Shown: positions 31,801 through 40,270 of the stretch, piece by piece
How the letters are laid out: every line of letters begins with the position of its first letter
Numbering within the stretch: the stretch's first letter is position 1
Assembly (NCBI GenBank): GCA_903944255.1
Contig: CAJARE010000295.1
Coordinates: 1-41,358, forward strand
DNA from: an uncultured beta proteobacterium
GTDB lineage: Bacteria; Pseudomonadota; Gammaproteobacteria; Burkholderiales; Burkholderiaceae
DNA length: 41,358 nucleotides
Direction of reading: 5' to 3'
The notes under the pieces: generated by a model
What the model saw: only the letters and a program-made list of their open reading frames with translations
Databases searched by the model: none
Told to the model about the DNA's origin: nothing
Translations under genes and position numbers: made by a program

Positions 31801-32410
31801 GGTCAAATGCTCGAATTTGTTCAATTTCATCTCCAAACAAATCCAATCGATAAGGAAGACTTGAGCCCATCGGATATAAGTCGATTAATCCACCGCGAAT
31901 ACTATATTCTCCAGGACGCATGACTGCGCTGACTGGGTCATAACCAGCTTGTTGTAGCTGAAGTTTTAATGAAGCCTCATCAAGTTTGTCACCCTGTTTA
32001 AAGAAGAAGGTGTGACCAGATAAAAAATGAGGTGGACCAAGTCTTTGTAAAGCTGTAGTGACTGGAACTAAAACAATATCGCAACTTCCATTCAATAACT
32101 CATACAGGGTCGCTAGACGCTCTGAGACTAAATCCTGATGAGGCGAAAAATGATCGTATGGCAGAATTTCCCAGTCAGGCAAAAGCCGGGTTTTTAACTG
32201 AGGCGCAAAAGCAGGTATTTCCTCGAGTAAACGTTGCGCTTCTTGTGCTTGAGCACAAAAAATGACCATGACTGAAAAATCATTGCGGTAACGAAGTGCG
32301 GATTGGGCTATGAGGGCAGAATCTGCTGACCCAATCAGGCCAGAAAAGGTAAAGCGCTGCCCAGCCCGTGGAGCGGGTATGGGGGGTGCTAGATTTAATG
32401 CATCAGACAT
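28868..32410 (-). CDS. mfd: Transcription-repair coupling factor
   Basis: LPYDHFSPH, RID domain (HGIGRYQGL), GDVGFGKT, DEEHRFG, QLRGRVGR, TRG motif DLEIRGAGE. Confidence 0.97.
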   Translation of the reverse strand: MSDALNLAPPIPAPRAGQRFTFSGLIGSADSALIAQSALRYRNDFSVMVIFCAQAQEAQRLLEEIPAFAPQLKTRLLPDWEILPYDHFSPHQDLVSERLATLYELLNGSCDIVLVPVTTALQRLGPPHFLSGHTFFFKQGDKLDEASLKLQLQQAGYDPVSAVMRPGEYSIRGGLIDLYPMGSSLPYRLDLFGDEIEQIRAFDPDTQRSLYPVKEVRLLPGHEFPFDDASRTAFRSKWREVFEGDPTRCSIYKDANLGIPSAGIESYLPMFFEEQSNVFDYFPRSGDPVWIWNTGDIEETIRSFWKDTQTRYEFLKHDLDRPILPPKELFLDVDEFFSSSKPHARITLEHQSTDQAQFLPVPDIAVHRRDADPLAKLRALVSVENVRILICADSAGRKESIRQLLEESNLVSGPNGVTLFPLKPDGFEGIADFIKSNSPFGLVIAQLFNGFSWPDQNFIVLTEAELFTTTARQRRKGKGSEQVDPDMLFKDLSELKIGDPVVHADHGIGRYQGLVLLNIAAPKDEPIFEEFLHLQYAGQATLYVPVQQLQMVTRYAGSDPDSAPLHQLGSGQWDKAKRKAAQQIRDTAAELLSLYAARAIRKGHAFEFSAHDYAAFSESFGFEETPDQANAIAAVIGDMTSGSPMDRLVCGDVGFGKTEVALRASFVAVMGGKQVAILAPTTLLAEQHVATWKDRFADWPVRIVELSRFKTSKEINAALEAIAKGEADIIIGTHKLLSKETKFANLGLVIVDEEHRFGVRQKDALKALRAEVDILTLTATPIPRTLGMAMEGLREFSIIATAPQKRLAIKTFVRREGESIIREAVLREIKRGGQVYFLHNEVETIENRKHALQALIPEATISVAHGQMQERELESVMREFVTQRTNILLCTTIIETGIDVPTANTIIMHRADKFGLAQLHQLRGRVGRSHHQAYAYLLVPDPEALSKQAQLRLNAIQAMEELGSGFYLAMHDLEIRGAGEVLGDKQSGEIHEIGYQLYTEMLNRAVKSLRSGKEPDLLAPLQATTDVNLGVPALLPSDYCPDVHERLSLYKRFAGTHDFSELMGLREELVDRFGDLPDQAKSFYETHRLRLEMTGFGIKKIDAFPASIQIQFIPNPPIDPMKIIQLIQSSKHILLNGQDKLKILPQKDREFDKLEQRLDAIRMVLRRLNESAMLNTVQIE

Positions 32411-32418
32411 CTTCGCTC

Positions 32419-32428
32419 ATTATAGAAT
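32419..32428. promoter_or_regulatory. Overlapping divergent -10 elements (TATAAT on -, TAGAAT on +)
   Basis: ATTATAGAAT in the 23-bp mfd/ispD gap; 8 nt from the mfd ATG and 5 nt from the ispD ATG. Confidence 0.55.
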
Positions 32429-32433
32429 CAGGT

Positions 32434-33180
32434 ATGAGCTCAGCAAATCAACCTTACAGAAAATGTCATGCGCTAATCCCTACAGCGGGATCAGGCCTGC
32501 GTCTTGGAGGAGAGCTCCCGAAGCAATTTCAGCAATTAGCTGGCCAGCCCATGTTGGCATACGCTGTTGAGGCTTTTATGCAGTGTCCCCATATTGAATC
32601 AATTTGGGTTGGAGTCAATCCAGTGTTTGCTGAGCATCCGATCGTAAAAACCTTTGCTAATGGGGGTAAACCCATTCAATTTCTGCCTTCAGGCGGAGCA
32701 ACCCGTCAAGAAACTGTCCGTAATACCTTAGCTGCTTTGCTTGAGTCTGGCATTGATGGTAGTAATTGGGTATTGGTACATGATGCAGCTAGGCCTGGTA
32801 TTACCCCAGATTTAATTGAAAAGTTGATTGCTGCTGTGGGTATGAATAGTAAAGGTGGCCTACTGGCAATACCTTTAGCTGATACCTTGAAGCAGGCTGA
32901 TTTCGATTCTGTGATTGCAGGCAATATTCCACATTCAGAAAAGACCATACCGCGTCAGCATTTATGGCAGGCTCAGACCCCACAAATGTTTGCTATCAAT
33001 GACTTGTATGAGGCTCTAGTCAATGGAATTCGACTTGAGGCTGATATTACTGATGAAGCGAGCGCAATGGAATTAGCAGGCTTTCAGCCCCTATTAATTG
33101 AAGGTGCAACCCGAAATTTTAAAGTAACCCATCCCGCAGATTGGGATTTAATGGAATTACTACTCCAGTCAACCAAATAA
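32434..33180 (+). CDS. ispD: 2-C-methyl-D-erythritol 4-phosphate cytidylyltransferase
   Basis: [53 protein letters not shown]. Start moved to ATG 32434 to avoid overlap with mfd. Confidence 0.93.
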   Translation: MSSANQPYRKCHALIPTAGSGLRLGGELPKQFQQLAGQPMLAYAVEAFMQCPHIESIWVGVNPVFAEHPIVKTFANGGKPIQFLPSGGATRQETVRNTLAALLESGIDGSNWVLVHDAARPGITPDLIEKLIAAVGMNSKGGLLAIPLADTLKQADFDSVIAGNIPHSEKTIPRQHLWQAQTPQMFAINDLYEALVNGIRLEADITDEASAMELAGFQPLLIEGATRNFKVTHPADWDLMELLLQSTK

Positions 33181-33193
33181 TGATGATGACAAT

Positions 33194-33697
33194 ATGACTC
33201 AAGGCGCTCAACATATTCCACAGTTTCGTATTGGCCAAGGTTATGACGTCCACGCTCTATCAGAGGGCCGTAAACTGATTTTAGGTGGAGTGCATATTCC
33301 TTATGACAAAGGGTTGTTGGGACATTCAGATGCTGATGCATTGCTACATGCTTTCACTGACGCCTTGCTAGGAGCAGCAGGATTAAACGATATTGGTCAG
33401 TTATTTCCTGATACTGATCCGCAATTTAAAGATATGGATAGCAGAATTTTGCTTAGGGCCGCTTTGCAGAAGGTCCAGGCTGCGGGCTTTCATATTGGAA
33501 ATGTGGATGCCACCATTATTTGCCAAAAACCTAAATTGGCGGAATTTTTACCTGAAATGGTCCGTAATATTGCTAGCGACTTAGGCGTAACCCCAAGTCA
33601 TGTCAATCTAAAAGCCAAGACTAATGAATCACTTGGCCATTTAGGCAGAGGAGAGGGCATTGCAGTGCATGCGGTAGCCTTGCTCTATAAAGCCTAA
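33194..33697 (+). CDS. ispF: 2-C-methyl-D-erythritol 2,4-cyclodiphosphate synthase
   Basis: [33 protein letters not shown]. Confidence 0.95.
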   Translation: MTQGAQHIPQFRIGQGYDVHALSEGRKLILGGVHIPYDKGLLGHSDADALLHAFTDALLGAAGLNDIGQLFPDTDPQFKDMDSRILLRAALQKVQAAGFHIGNVDATIICQKPKLAEFLPEMVRNIASDLGVTPSHVNLKAKTNESLGHLGRGEGIAVHAVALLYKA

Positions 33698-33829
33698 TAT
33701 CTGAGCAAACCCAGCTTTTTATCTATATAGGGCTTAGCCCATAGCCTTCAAGATCCTCTAAACCCCCAAGCAATGTAGAATTACGGTCTTTAGAGTGAAG
33801 TTTAGGCTTGGCAGTGTTTGCGGATATTC

Positions 33830-33916
33830 GCGAGGATGGCGAAATTGGTAGACGCACCAGGTTTAGGTCCTGACGCCAGAAATGGTGTGGGGGTTCGAGT
33901 CCCCCTCCTCGCACCA
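33830..33916 (+). tRNA. tRNA-Leu (anticodon TAG)
   Basis: Acceptor stem GCGAGGA/TCCTCGC, long variable arm, anticodon loop TT-TAG-GT, GGTTCGAGT T-loop, encoded CCA; 87 nt; typical position before tig. Confidence 0.95.
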
Positions 33917-33973
33917 AAAGATTGCTAATTGGCCTGGACTTCACATAACCTGATCTTCAATTAAGAGACGAGA

Positions 33974-35311
33974 ATGGCTGTGCAAATAGAAAACTTAGGT
34001 TCCTTGGAACGCAAAATGACATTGGAATTCGCTCGTGCTGATTTGGCAAAAGCGCGTGAAGCTCGCTTATCAAAAATGGGTAAGACCATGAAAATGGCGG
34101 GCTTTCGCCCTGGTAAAGTTCCCAAGAACATAGTTGAAAAACAGCATGGCATGCAAGTTGATTTTGAACTTCAATTTGATAAGGCTGCAGAGCTTTTCTA
34201 TGAAGAGAGTAAAAAAGAGGGATTAGCTCTCGCCGGTCAACCTCGTCTAGAACCAAAAAGTGAGCTTAATGCTGACAAAGTTGTTTTTGATGCTTTCTTT
34301 GAAGTATTGCCAGAGGTCAAGATTGGTGATTTCTCAAAGGCAGAAGTCAGCAAATACACTACAGAAATTGGCGATGCTGAAATAGATCGCGCTATCGATG
34401 TCTTGCGTAAACAGCAAGTGCATTACCATCCACGCGGCCAAGCTGGTGACCATGGCGATGGTGGCGCTAATACAGCAGCGCAGGCTGGCGATCAGGTTGT
34501 CATTGACTTTGTTGGCAAAATTGATGGGGTTGAGTTTGCAGGTGGAAAGGCTGAAAATTTTGAGTATGTTTTGGGAGAGGGTCGAATGCTTCCAGAATTC
34601 GAGGCAGCAACTTTAGGCTTAAAAGCAGGCGACAGTAAATCATTTCCATTAAGTTTTCCAGCTGATTACCACGGTAAGGATGTTGCTGGAAAAACAGCTG
34701 AGTTCACGATCACCATAAAGTCAGTTAATTGGCCACATATGCCAGTTGTCGATGATGCATTCGCATTATCAATGGGAGTTACCGATGGTGGTGTTGCTAA
34801 GATGCGTACAGAAGTAAAAGAAAATCTTGATCGTGAAGTCAATAGACGCATCACTTCATTATTGAAAAGTGAGGTGATGGATAAGCTTAATTTCTTATGC
34901 GAGCTAGATGTTCCGAGATCTTTAGTCACTTTAGAACAAGAGCGCTTAGTAGAGGGCGCGCGCCAGGATCTCATGCAACGTGGTGTTCCGAATGCTAAAG
35001 ATGCCCCAATTCCAATAGAAATATTTGCAGATCAAGCCCTAAAGCGCGTTCGTTTAGGTCTCATCTTAAGTGAATTAGTCAAGAAGCAAAACTTATCTGC
35101 TACCGCAGATCAGATTAAAGCTGAAATTGATGAACAAGCCGCTACCTATGAAGATCCTAAGGAGGTTGTTCGTTGGTTCTACAGCAATCCAAGCCGCCTT
35201 AAGGATATCGAAAACCTTGTTCTTGAAGATAATGTTATTAAGTATTTCACATCGCTTGCTAAAGTTACCGACAAAGCCGTAAGCTTTGAGGAATTAAGCA
35301 AACTTAATTAA
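33974..35311 (+). CDS. tig: Trigger factor
   Basis: Ribosome-binding GFRPGKVP, FKBP domain (IDFVGKIDGVEFAGG, FPADYHG). Confidence 0.96.
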   Translation: MAVQIENLGSLERKMTLEFARADLAKAREARLSKMGKTMKMAGFRPGKVPKNIVEKQHGMQVDFELQFDKAAELFYEESKKEGLALAGQPRLEPKSELNADKVVFDAFFEVLPEVKIGDFSKAEVSKYTTEIGDAEIDRAIDVLRKQQVHYHPRGQAGDHGDGGANTAAQAGDQVVIDFVGKIDGVEFAGGKAENFEYVLGEGRMLPEFEAATLGLKAGDSKSFPLSFPADYHGKDVAGKTAEFTITIKSVNWPHMPVVDDAFALSMGVTDGGVAKMRTEVKENLDREVNRRITSLLKSEVMDKLNFLCELDVPRSLVTLEQERLVEGARQDLMQRGVPNAKDAPIPIEIFADQALKRVRLGLILSELVKKQNLSATADQIKAEIDEQAATYEDPKEVVRWFYSNPSRLKDIENLVLEDNVIKYFTSLAKVTDKAVSFEELSKLN

Positions 35312-35353
35312 TTTTAATTAGCTGCCATCCATTACTCTTAAAGGGCTTTCATC

Positions 35354-35977
35354 ATGAATCGTTTTCAATCTGAAAATTTAGAACCTCAGGCATTAGGTTT
35401 GGTTCCAATGGTGATTGAAACCTCAGGAAGAGGTGAGCGTGCATATGATATTTATTCTCGCTTACTAAGAGAGCGAGTTGTTTTCTTGGTTGGTGAAGTA
35501 AACGATCAGACGGCTAACCTAGTGATCGCGCAGTTGCTATTCCTTGAGAGCGAAAATCCAGATAAAGAAATTTCTTTGTACATTAACTCTCCTGGTGGGT
35601 CGGTATCTGCCGGCCTAGCAATTTACGACACCATGCAATTTATTAAACCTCATGTCAGTACCTTGTGCATGGGTATGGCTGCCAGCATGGGTGCATTTTT
35701 ATTATGCGCAGGCGAGAAAGGCAAGCGTTATGCACTTCCCAATTCACGTGTAATGATCCATCAACCCCTAGGTGGTGCAAGAGGTCAAGCTTCTGATATT
35801 GAAATTCAAGCACGAGAAATTCTGTATCTGCGGGAAAGATTAAACAAAATCTTGGCTGATCGTACAGGCCAAACAATTGACACGATTGCAAAAGATACGG
35901 ATCGCGATAATTTCATGTCAGCTGAGCAAGCCCGCGAATATGGACTGATCGATAAAGTCATCGATAAACGCCCTTAA
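35354..35977 (+). CDS. clpP: ATP-dependent Clp protease proteolytic subunit
   Basis: [36 protein letters not shown]. Confidence 0.97.
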   Translation: MNRFQSENLEPQALGLVPMVIETSGRGERAYDIYSRLLRERVVFLVGEVNDQTANLVIAQLLFLESENPDKEISLYINSPGGSVSAGLAIYDTMQFIKPHVSTLCMGMAASMGAFLLCAGEKGKRYALPNSRVMIHQPLGGARGQASDIEIQAREILYLRERLNKILADRTGQTIDTIAKDTDRDNFMSAEQAREYGLIDKVIDKRP

Positions 35978-36004
35978 TCCTCAGCAGAAACTTAGGCAAA
36001 ACAC

Positions 36005-37366
36005 TTGAGCGACACTAAATCTACTAGTACAACTGAAAAAGTGCTGTACTGCTCCTTTTGTGGAAAAAGCCAACACGAGGTCAAGAAGTTAATTGCAGGC
36101 CCCTCTGTTTTTATCTGCGATGAATGTATTGATTTATGTACCGACATCATCCAAGAGGAAATTGCCAAGCTTCCTAAAGAAGCGGGTGCTGACTCTTTAC
36201 CAACGCCGCACGAGATTCGTGAAAATCTAGACCAGTATGTGATTGGTCAAGATCATGCCAAGAAAACTTTGGCAGTTGCGGTATATAACCACTATAAGCG
36301 TTTGCAATATCTTCCTAAGCCTAAAAAGGAAAAGTTAGATAAAGACGGCAAGCCAGTAGAGGCTGGCGATAAAAAAGAATCGAAATTACCTGCTAAAGCA
36401 ATGGTAGATGGTGTTGAGCTGGCTAAAAGTAATATTTTATTGATCGGACCTACTGGTTCAGGAAAAACTTTATTAGCGCAAACCTTGGCTCGTATGCTTG
36501 ATGTCCCTTTTGTAATGGCCGATGCCACGACACTAACTGAAGCTGGTTATGTTGGTGAGGATGTTGAAAATATTATCCAAAAGCTTTTGCAGGCTTGCGA
36601 CTATAACGTTGAAAAAGCACAGCGTGGAATAGTGTATATCGATGAGATTGATAAAATTTCTCGCAAATCTGATAATCCATCGATTACACGAGATGTATCG
36701 GGTGAAGGCGTACAACAAGCTTTGCTAAAGCTGGTAGAAGGCACGATGGCTTCTGTACCTCCGCAAGGCGGACGCAAGCATCCCAATCAAGATTTCTTAC
36801 AAGTAGATACCACCAATATTCTATTTATTTGCGGTGGTGCTTTTGATGGGCTTGAGAAAGTGATTCAACAGCGTACTGCAAAAACGGGCATTGGATTTAA
36901 TGCTGCCGTACCCGGTAAAGACGATCGTGGTATCAGCGACCTTTTGATAGAGGTTGAACCAGAAGATCTCATTAAGTTTGGCCTGATTCCTGAATTAATA
37001 GGTCGTTTACCTGTAGTAGCAACATTGGTCCAATTAGATGAATCAGCCCTGATTCAGATTTTGACTGAACCTAAAAATGCCTTAGTGAAGCAATATCAGG
37101 CACTTCTAAAAATGGAAGGCTCTGAGCTTGAAGTACGTCTCGAGGCTCTTTCAGCGATCGCCAAAAAAGCAATAGCCCGTAAAACAGGTGCACGTGGTCT
37201 GCGTTCTATTCTTGAAGGGTCTTTAATGGACGTGATGTACGATTTGCCATCCTTGAAGAATGTCCAGAAGGTAGTGATCGACGAATCTAGCATTGCTGAG
37301 GGTGGCAAGCCCTTATTGGTCTACAAGCAAGATCTAGAACAGCCAGATTTGAGCAAAAAAGCCTAA
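36005..37366 (+). CDS. clpX: ATP-dependent Clp protease ATP-binding subunit ClpX
   Basis: C4 zinc-binding domain, [18 protein letters not shown] and IGF loops; TTG start. Confidence 0.97.
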   Translation: MSDTKSTSTTEKVLYCSFCGKSQHEVKKLIAGPSVFICDECIDLCTDIIQEEIAKLPKEAGADSLPTPHEIRENLDQYVIGQDHAKKTLAVAVYNHYKRLQYLPKPKKEKLDKDGKPVEAGDKKESKLPAKAMVDGVELAKSNILLIGPTGSGKTLLAQTLARMLDVPFVMADATTLTEAGYVGEDVENIIQKLLQACDYNVEKAQRGIVYIDEIDKISRKSDNPSITRDVSGEGVQQALLKLVEGTMASVPPQGGRKHPNQDFLQVDTTNILFICGGAFDGLEKVIQQRTAKTGIGFNAAVPGKDDRGISDLLIEVEPEDLIKFGLIPELIGRLPVVATLVQLDESALIQILTEPKNALVKQYQALLKMEGSELEVRLEALSAIAKKAIARKTGARGLRSILEGSLMDVMYDLPSLKNVQKVVIDESSIAEGGKPLLVYKQDLEQPDLSKKA

Positions 37367-37424
37367 TTTTTTAGGGTTTTTGCTATTTTCTAGGTACTTT
37401 CGAGCCTTTTTTACACTTTTTTCC

Positions 37425-37452
37425 CTTGATTTTTTCAAAGTGCTACCCATAT
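37425..37452 (+). promoter_or_regulatory. Sigma-32 (RpoH) heat-shock promoter for lon
   Basis: CTTGAT-N14-ACCCATAT versus consensus CTTGAA-N13/14-CCCCATNT. Confidence 0.7.
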
Positions 37453-37556
37453 AGGTAGTATGCTACTCAAGAATAATGTCTCTATTTAGTAGCTATTGAA
37501 TCTAATAGCACTAGATAAAGAGGCTTGAGAATAGATTACTTTGGAGGATTTGCCCT

Positions 37557-39989
37557 ATGCCTGGCCACTTATTACTACCCTCTGAACCAATTCAACTACC
37601 TTTGCTCCCATTAAGGGATGTAGTTGTTTTTCCCCATATGGTGATCCCCCTGTTCGTAGGGCGACCAAAATCCATTAAGGCTCTAGAAGCAGCCATGGAA
37701 ACTGGCAAAAATGTCCTTTTAGTAGCGCAGAAAGCTGCGGCGAAAGATGAGCCCGTCATTGAGGATCTCTACGAAGTTGGCTGTATCGCCAATATATTGC
37801 AGATGCTTAAATTGCCAGATGGCACTGTCAAGGTGCTTGTTGAGGGTGTTCAACGAGCTGAAGTAAGTCAAATTGAAGACACTATGGGTTACTTTAATTG
37901 CGAAGCAACTCCCACAGCTATGGATGGAATTGATGCACATGAGACCGAAGCACTTCGTCGCGCCATCATGGCTCAGTTTGATCAGTATGTAAAACTGAAT
38001 AAAAAAGTTCCCCAAGAGATACTGTCTTCCTTAGGTGGCATAGATGATCCTAGTCGTCTAGCTGATACCATTTGCGCACATCTGCCTGTCAAGCTAGAAC
38101 AAAAGCAACGTCTTCTAGAAATGGTGGATGTTGTGCAGCGTTTAGAAAGCCTTCTAGCAGATCTGGAAAGTGAAATCGATATCTTGCAGGTAGAAAAGCG
38201 CATTCGGGGTCGTGTTAAGCGACAAATGGAAAAGAGTCAGCGCGAGTACTACCTCAATGAACAAGTGAAGGCTATTCAGAAAGAGCTAGGAGAGGGTGAG
38301 GAGGGTGCCGACCTAGAAGAATTAGAAAAGCGTATTAAAGCTGCCCGTATGCCTAAAGAGGCAAACAAGAAGGCAGAGTCTGAGCTTAAGAAGCTAAAGC
38401 TAATGTCGCCCATGTCTGCTGAAGCAACAGTAATTCGTAACTTCATCGACACTTTAGTGAACCTTCCTTGGAAGAAAAAAACAAAAATTAACAATGACCT
38501 CACTAATGCAGAAATGGTATTAGATGAAGATCACTATGGATTGGATAAAGTTAAAGAACGTATTTTGGAATACCTTGCAGTTCAACAAAGAGTAGATCGC
38601 GTTAAGGCGCCAATCTTATGTTTAGTAGGCCCTCCCGGAGTCGGTAAAACTTCTTTAGGTCAATCAATTGCGCGCGCTACTAATCGAAAGTTTGTGCGAA
38701 TGGCCTTAGGCGGTGTGCGTGATGAGTCTGAAATTCGTGGGCATCGCAGGACTTATATCGGTTCTATGCCTGGCAAGATTTTATCTAGTTTGACCAAGGT
38801 AGGAGTTCGCAATCCACTTTTTCTATTAGATGAAGTAGATAAGATGGGTATGGATTTTCGGGGCGATCCTGCGAGCGCATTGCTTGAAGTTTTAGATCCA
38901 GAGCAGAATCACACCTTCCAAGATCACTATGTTGAGGTTGATTTTGATCTTTCCGATGTTATGTTTGTAGCGACATCGAACTCATTGAATATTCCCGGAC
39001 CTTTGCTTGATCGTCTGGAGATTATTCGTCTGGCCGGATATACAGAGGATGAAAAGACTAGCATTGCAGTCAATTATCTTATTCCCAAGCAAATCAAAAA
39101 CAATGGTTTGAAAAAAGATGAGTTGAAAATCGAAGATAGCGCAGTTCGCAATATGATCCGCTACTACACGCGAGAAGCAGGTGTTCGCTCATTGGAACGT
39201 GAAATCAGCAAAATCTGCCGAAAGGTAGTTAAGCTATTACTGCTCAAGAAAGAGGCTGCACCGATTGTTGTCAATGCTGATAATCTAGAAAAGTTTCTTT
39301 CTGTTCGCATGTATGACTTTGGTCTAGCCGGTAAGGAGAATCAAATAGGTCAAGTTACAGGACTTGCATGGACTGAAGTTGGTGGTGATCTTTTAACGAT
39401 TGAAGCTGCCACAATGCCAGGAAAAGGCGTAATCACTCGCACTGGCTCGATTGGTGATGTGATGAAAGAATCGGTAGAAGCTGCTCGGACTGTTGTTCGC
39501 TCGAGAGCAAGACGTCTTGGAATTTCAGACGAGTCCTTTGAGAAGAAAGATATTCATATTCACTTCCCTGATGGTGCAACTCCTAAAGATGGTCCATCAG
39601 CAGGTATTGCCATTACTACTGCTCTTGTTTCGGTCTTTACTGGAATACCCATTCGCTCAGATGTAGCGATGACTGGAGAAATTACTCTACGTGGCGAAGT
39701 ATTGCCAATCGGCGGTCTAAAAGAAAAACTCCTGGCCGCACATCGAGGTGGCATCAAATTAGCCTTAATTCCTGAAGAAAATGTCAAAGATTTAATCGAT
39801 ATCCCAGATAACGTGAAGAATGCAATAGAAATCATTCCGGTACGCTGGATCGATAAAGTTTTAGAGCTTTCATTAGAGCGTATGCCTGAGGCTTTGCCTG
39901 ATCCTAGCCCTGAAGAGTTAGCTAAAAAGGCTGCTGAGGCCAGTAAAGCTAGCGAGAAGGTTTCCTCGGGAGATGTTCTGAAGCACTAA
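37557..39989 (+). CDS. lon: Lon protease
   Basis: LPLRDVVVFP, GPPGVGKTS, PKDGPSAG (catalytic Ser), GGLKEK (Lys); GGAGG RBS. Confidence 0.97.
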   Translation: MPGHLLLPSEPIQLPLLPLRDVVVFPHMVIPLFVGRPKSIKALEAAMETGKNVLLVAQKAAAKDEPVIEDLYEVGCIANILQMLKLPDGTVKVLVEGVQRAEVSQIEDTMGYFNCEATPTAMDGIDAHETEALRRAIMAQFDQYVKLNKKVPQEILSSLGGIDDPSRLADTICAHLPVKLEQKQRLLEMVDVVQRLESLLADLESEIDILQVEKRIRGRVKRQMEKSQREYYLNEQVKAIQKELGEGEEGADLEELEKRIKAARMPKEANKKAESELKKLKLMSPMSAEATVIRNFIDTLVNLPWKKKTKINNDLTNAEMVLDEDHYGLDKVKERILEYLAVQQRVDRVKAPILCLVGPPGVGKTSLGQSIARATNRKFVRMALGGVRDESEIRGHRRTYIGSMPGKILSSLTKVGVRNPLFLLDEVDKMGMDFRGDPASALLEVLDPEQNHTFQDHYVEVDFDLSDVMFVATSNSLNIPGPLLDRLEIIRLAGYTEDEKTSIAVNYLIPKQIKNNGLKKDELKIEDSAVRNMIRYYTREAGVRSLEREISKICRKVVKLLLLKKEAAPIVVNADNLEKFLSVRMYDFGLAGKENQIGQVTGLAWTEVGGDLLTIEAATMPGKGVITRTGSIGDVMKESVEAARTVVRSRARRLGISDESFEKKDIHIHFPDGATPKDGPSAGIAITTALVSVFTGIPIRSDVAMTGEITLRGEVLPIGGLKEKLLAAHRGGIKLALIPEENVKDLIDIPDNVKNAIEIIPVRWIDKVLELSLERMPEALPDPSPEELAKKAAEASKASEKVSSGDVLKH

Positions 39990-39990
39990 T

Positions 39991-40054
39991 AGAGTGTGGG
40001 TTGATCATCATGCTTCCTCGTATTCCGAGGGAAATTGATGGGAAACCCCTCTCT
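39991..40054 (+). terminator. Long interrupted hairpin after lon, possible terminator or processing site
   Basis: Nested pairs AGAG/CTCT, GGGTT/AACCC, CATCA/TGATG, TTCCTCG/CGAGGGA; only a short T-run follows. Confidence 0.45.
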
Positions 40055-40094
40055 TTAGTACGCTTAGGTTACAATTTGGGCTGTATTAAATGTG

Positions 40095-40170
40095 GGGCGC
40101 TTAGCTCAGATGGTAGAGCGTCTGCCTTACACGCAGAATGTCGGCGGTTCGATCCCGTCAGCGCCCACCA
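40095..40170 (+). tRNA. tRNA-Val (anticodon TAC)
   Basis: Acceptor stem GGGCGCT/AGCGCCC, anticodon stem TCTGC/GCAGA with loop CT-TAC-AC, GGTTCGATC T-loop, CCA; 76 nt. Confidence 0.96.
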
Positions 40171-40270
40171 AATTTCTAGCTTTATCTTGCCCTTTAAGGC
40201 ATCCGAACCCTTGATCCCCTTGTGCCTAGTAAACTACGGTCATTCATCATTTTGACTAGCGAACCACTAC

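Noticed and set aside
33723-33944. 73-aa minus-strand ORF
   Set aside because: Antisense shadow of tRNA-Leu (VRGGGLEPP is typical reverse-translated tRNA).
34420-34490. Gly/His-rich insert in trigger factor (HYHPRGQAGDHGDGG)
   Set aside because: From recall, a similar insert is common in Burkholderiaceae trigger factors, so it is not specific to this genome.
37488-37512. TAGCACT, resembling a CIRCE half-site upstream of lon
   Set aside because: Arm order and spacing do not fit TTAGCACTC-N9-GAGTGCTAA; better explained as part of the leader hairpin.
606-39835. Many 60-125 aa ORFs antisense to or out of frame within core genes
   Set aside because: They lie within well-supported genes and show no recognisable motifs; expected shadow ORFs.
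33830-40170. tRNA-Leu and tRNA-Val as possible integration sites
   Set aside because: No integrase, duplicated tRNA 3' end or foreign genes; both are flanked by core genes.
40001-40255. 84-aa ORF after lon, where hupB might be expected
   Set aside because: Reads through tRNA-Val and has no HU/IHF motif.
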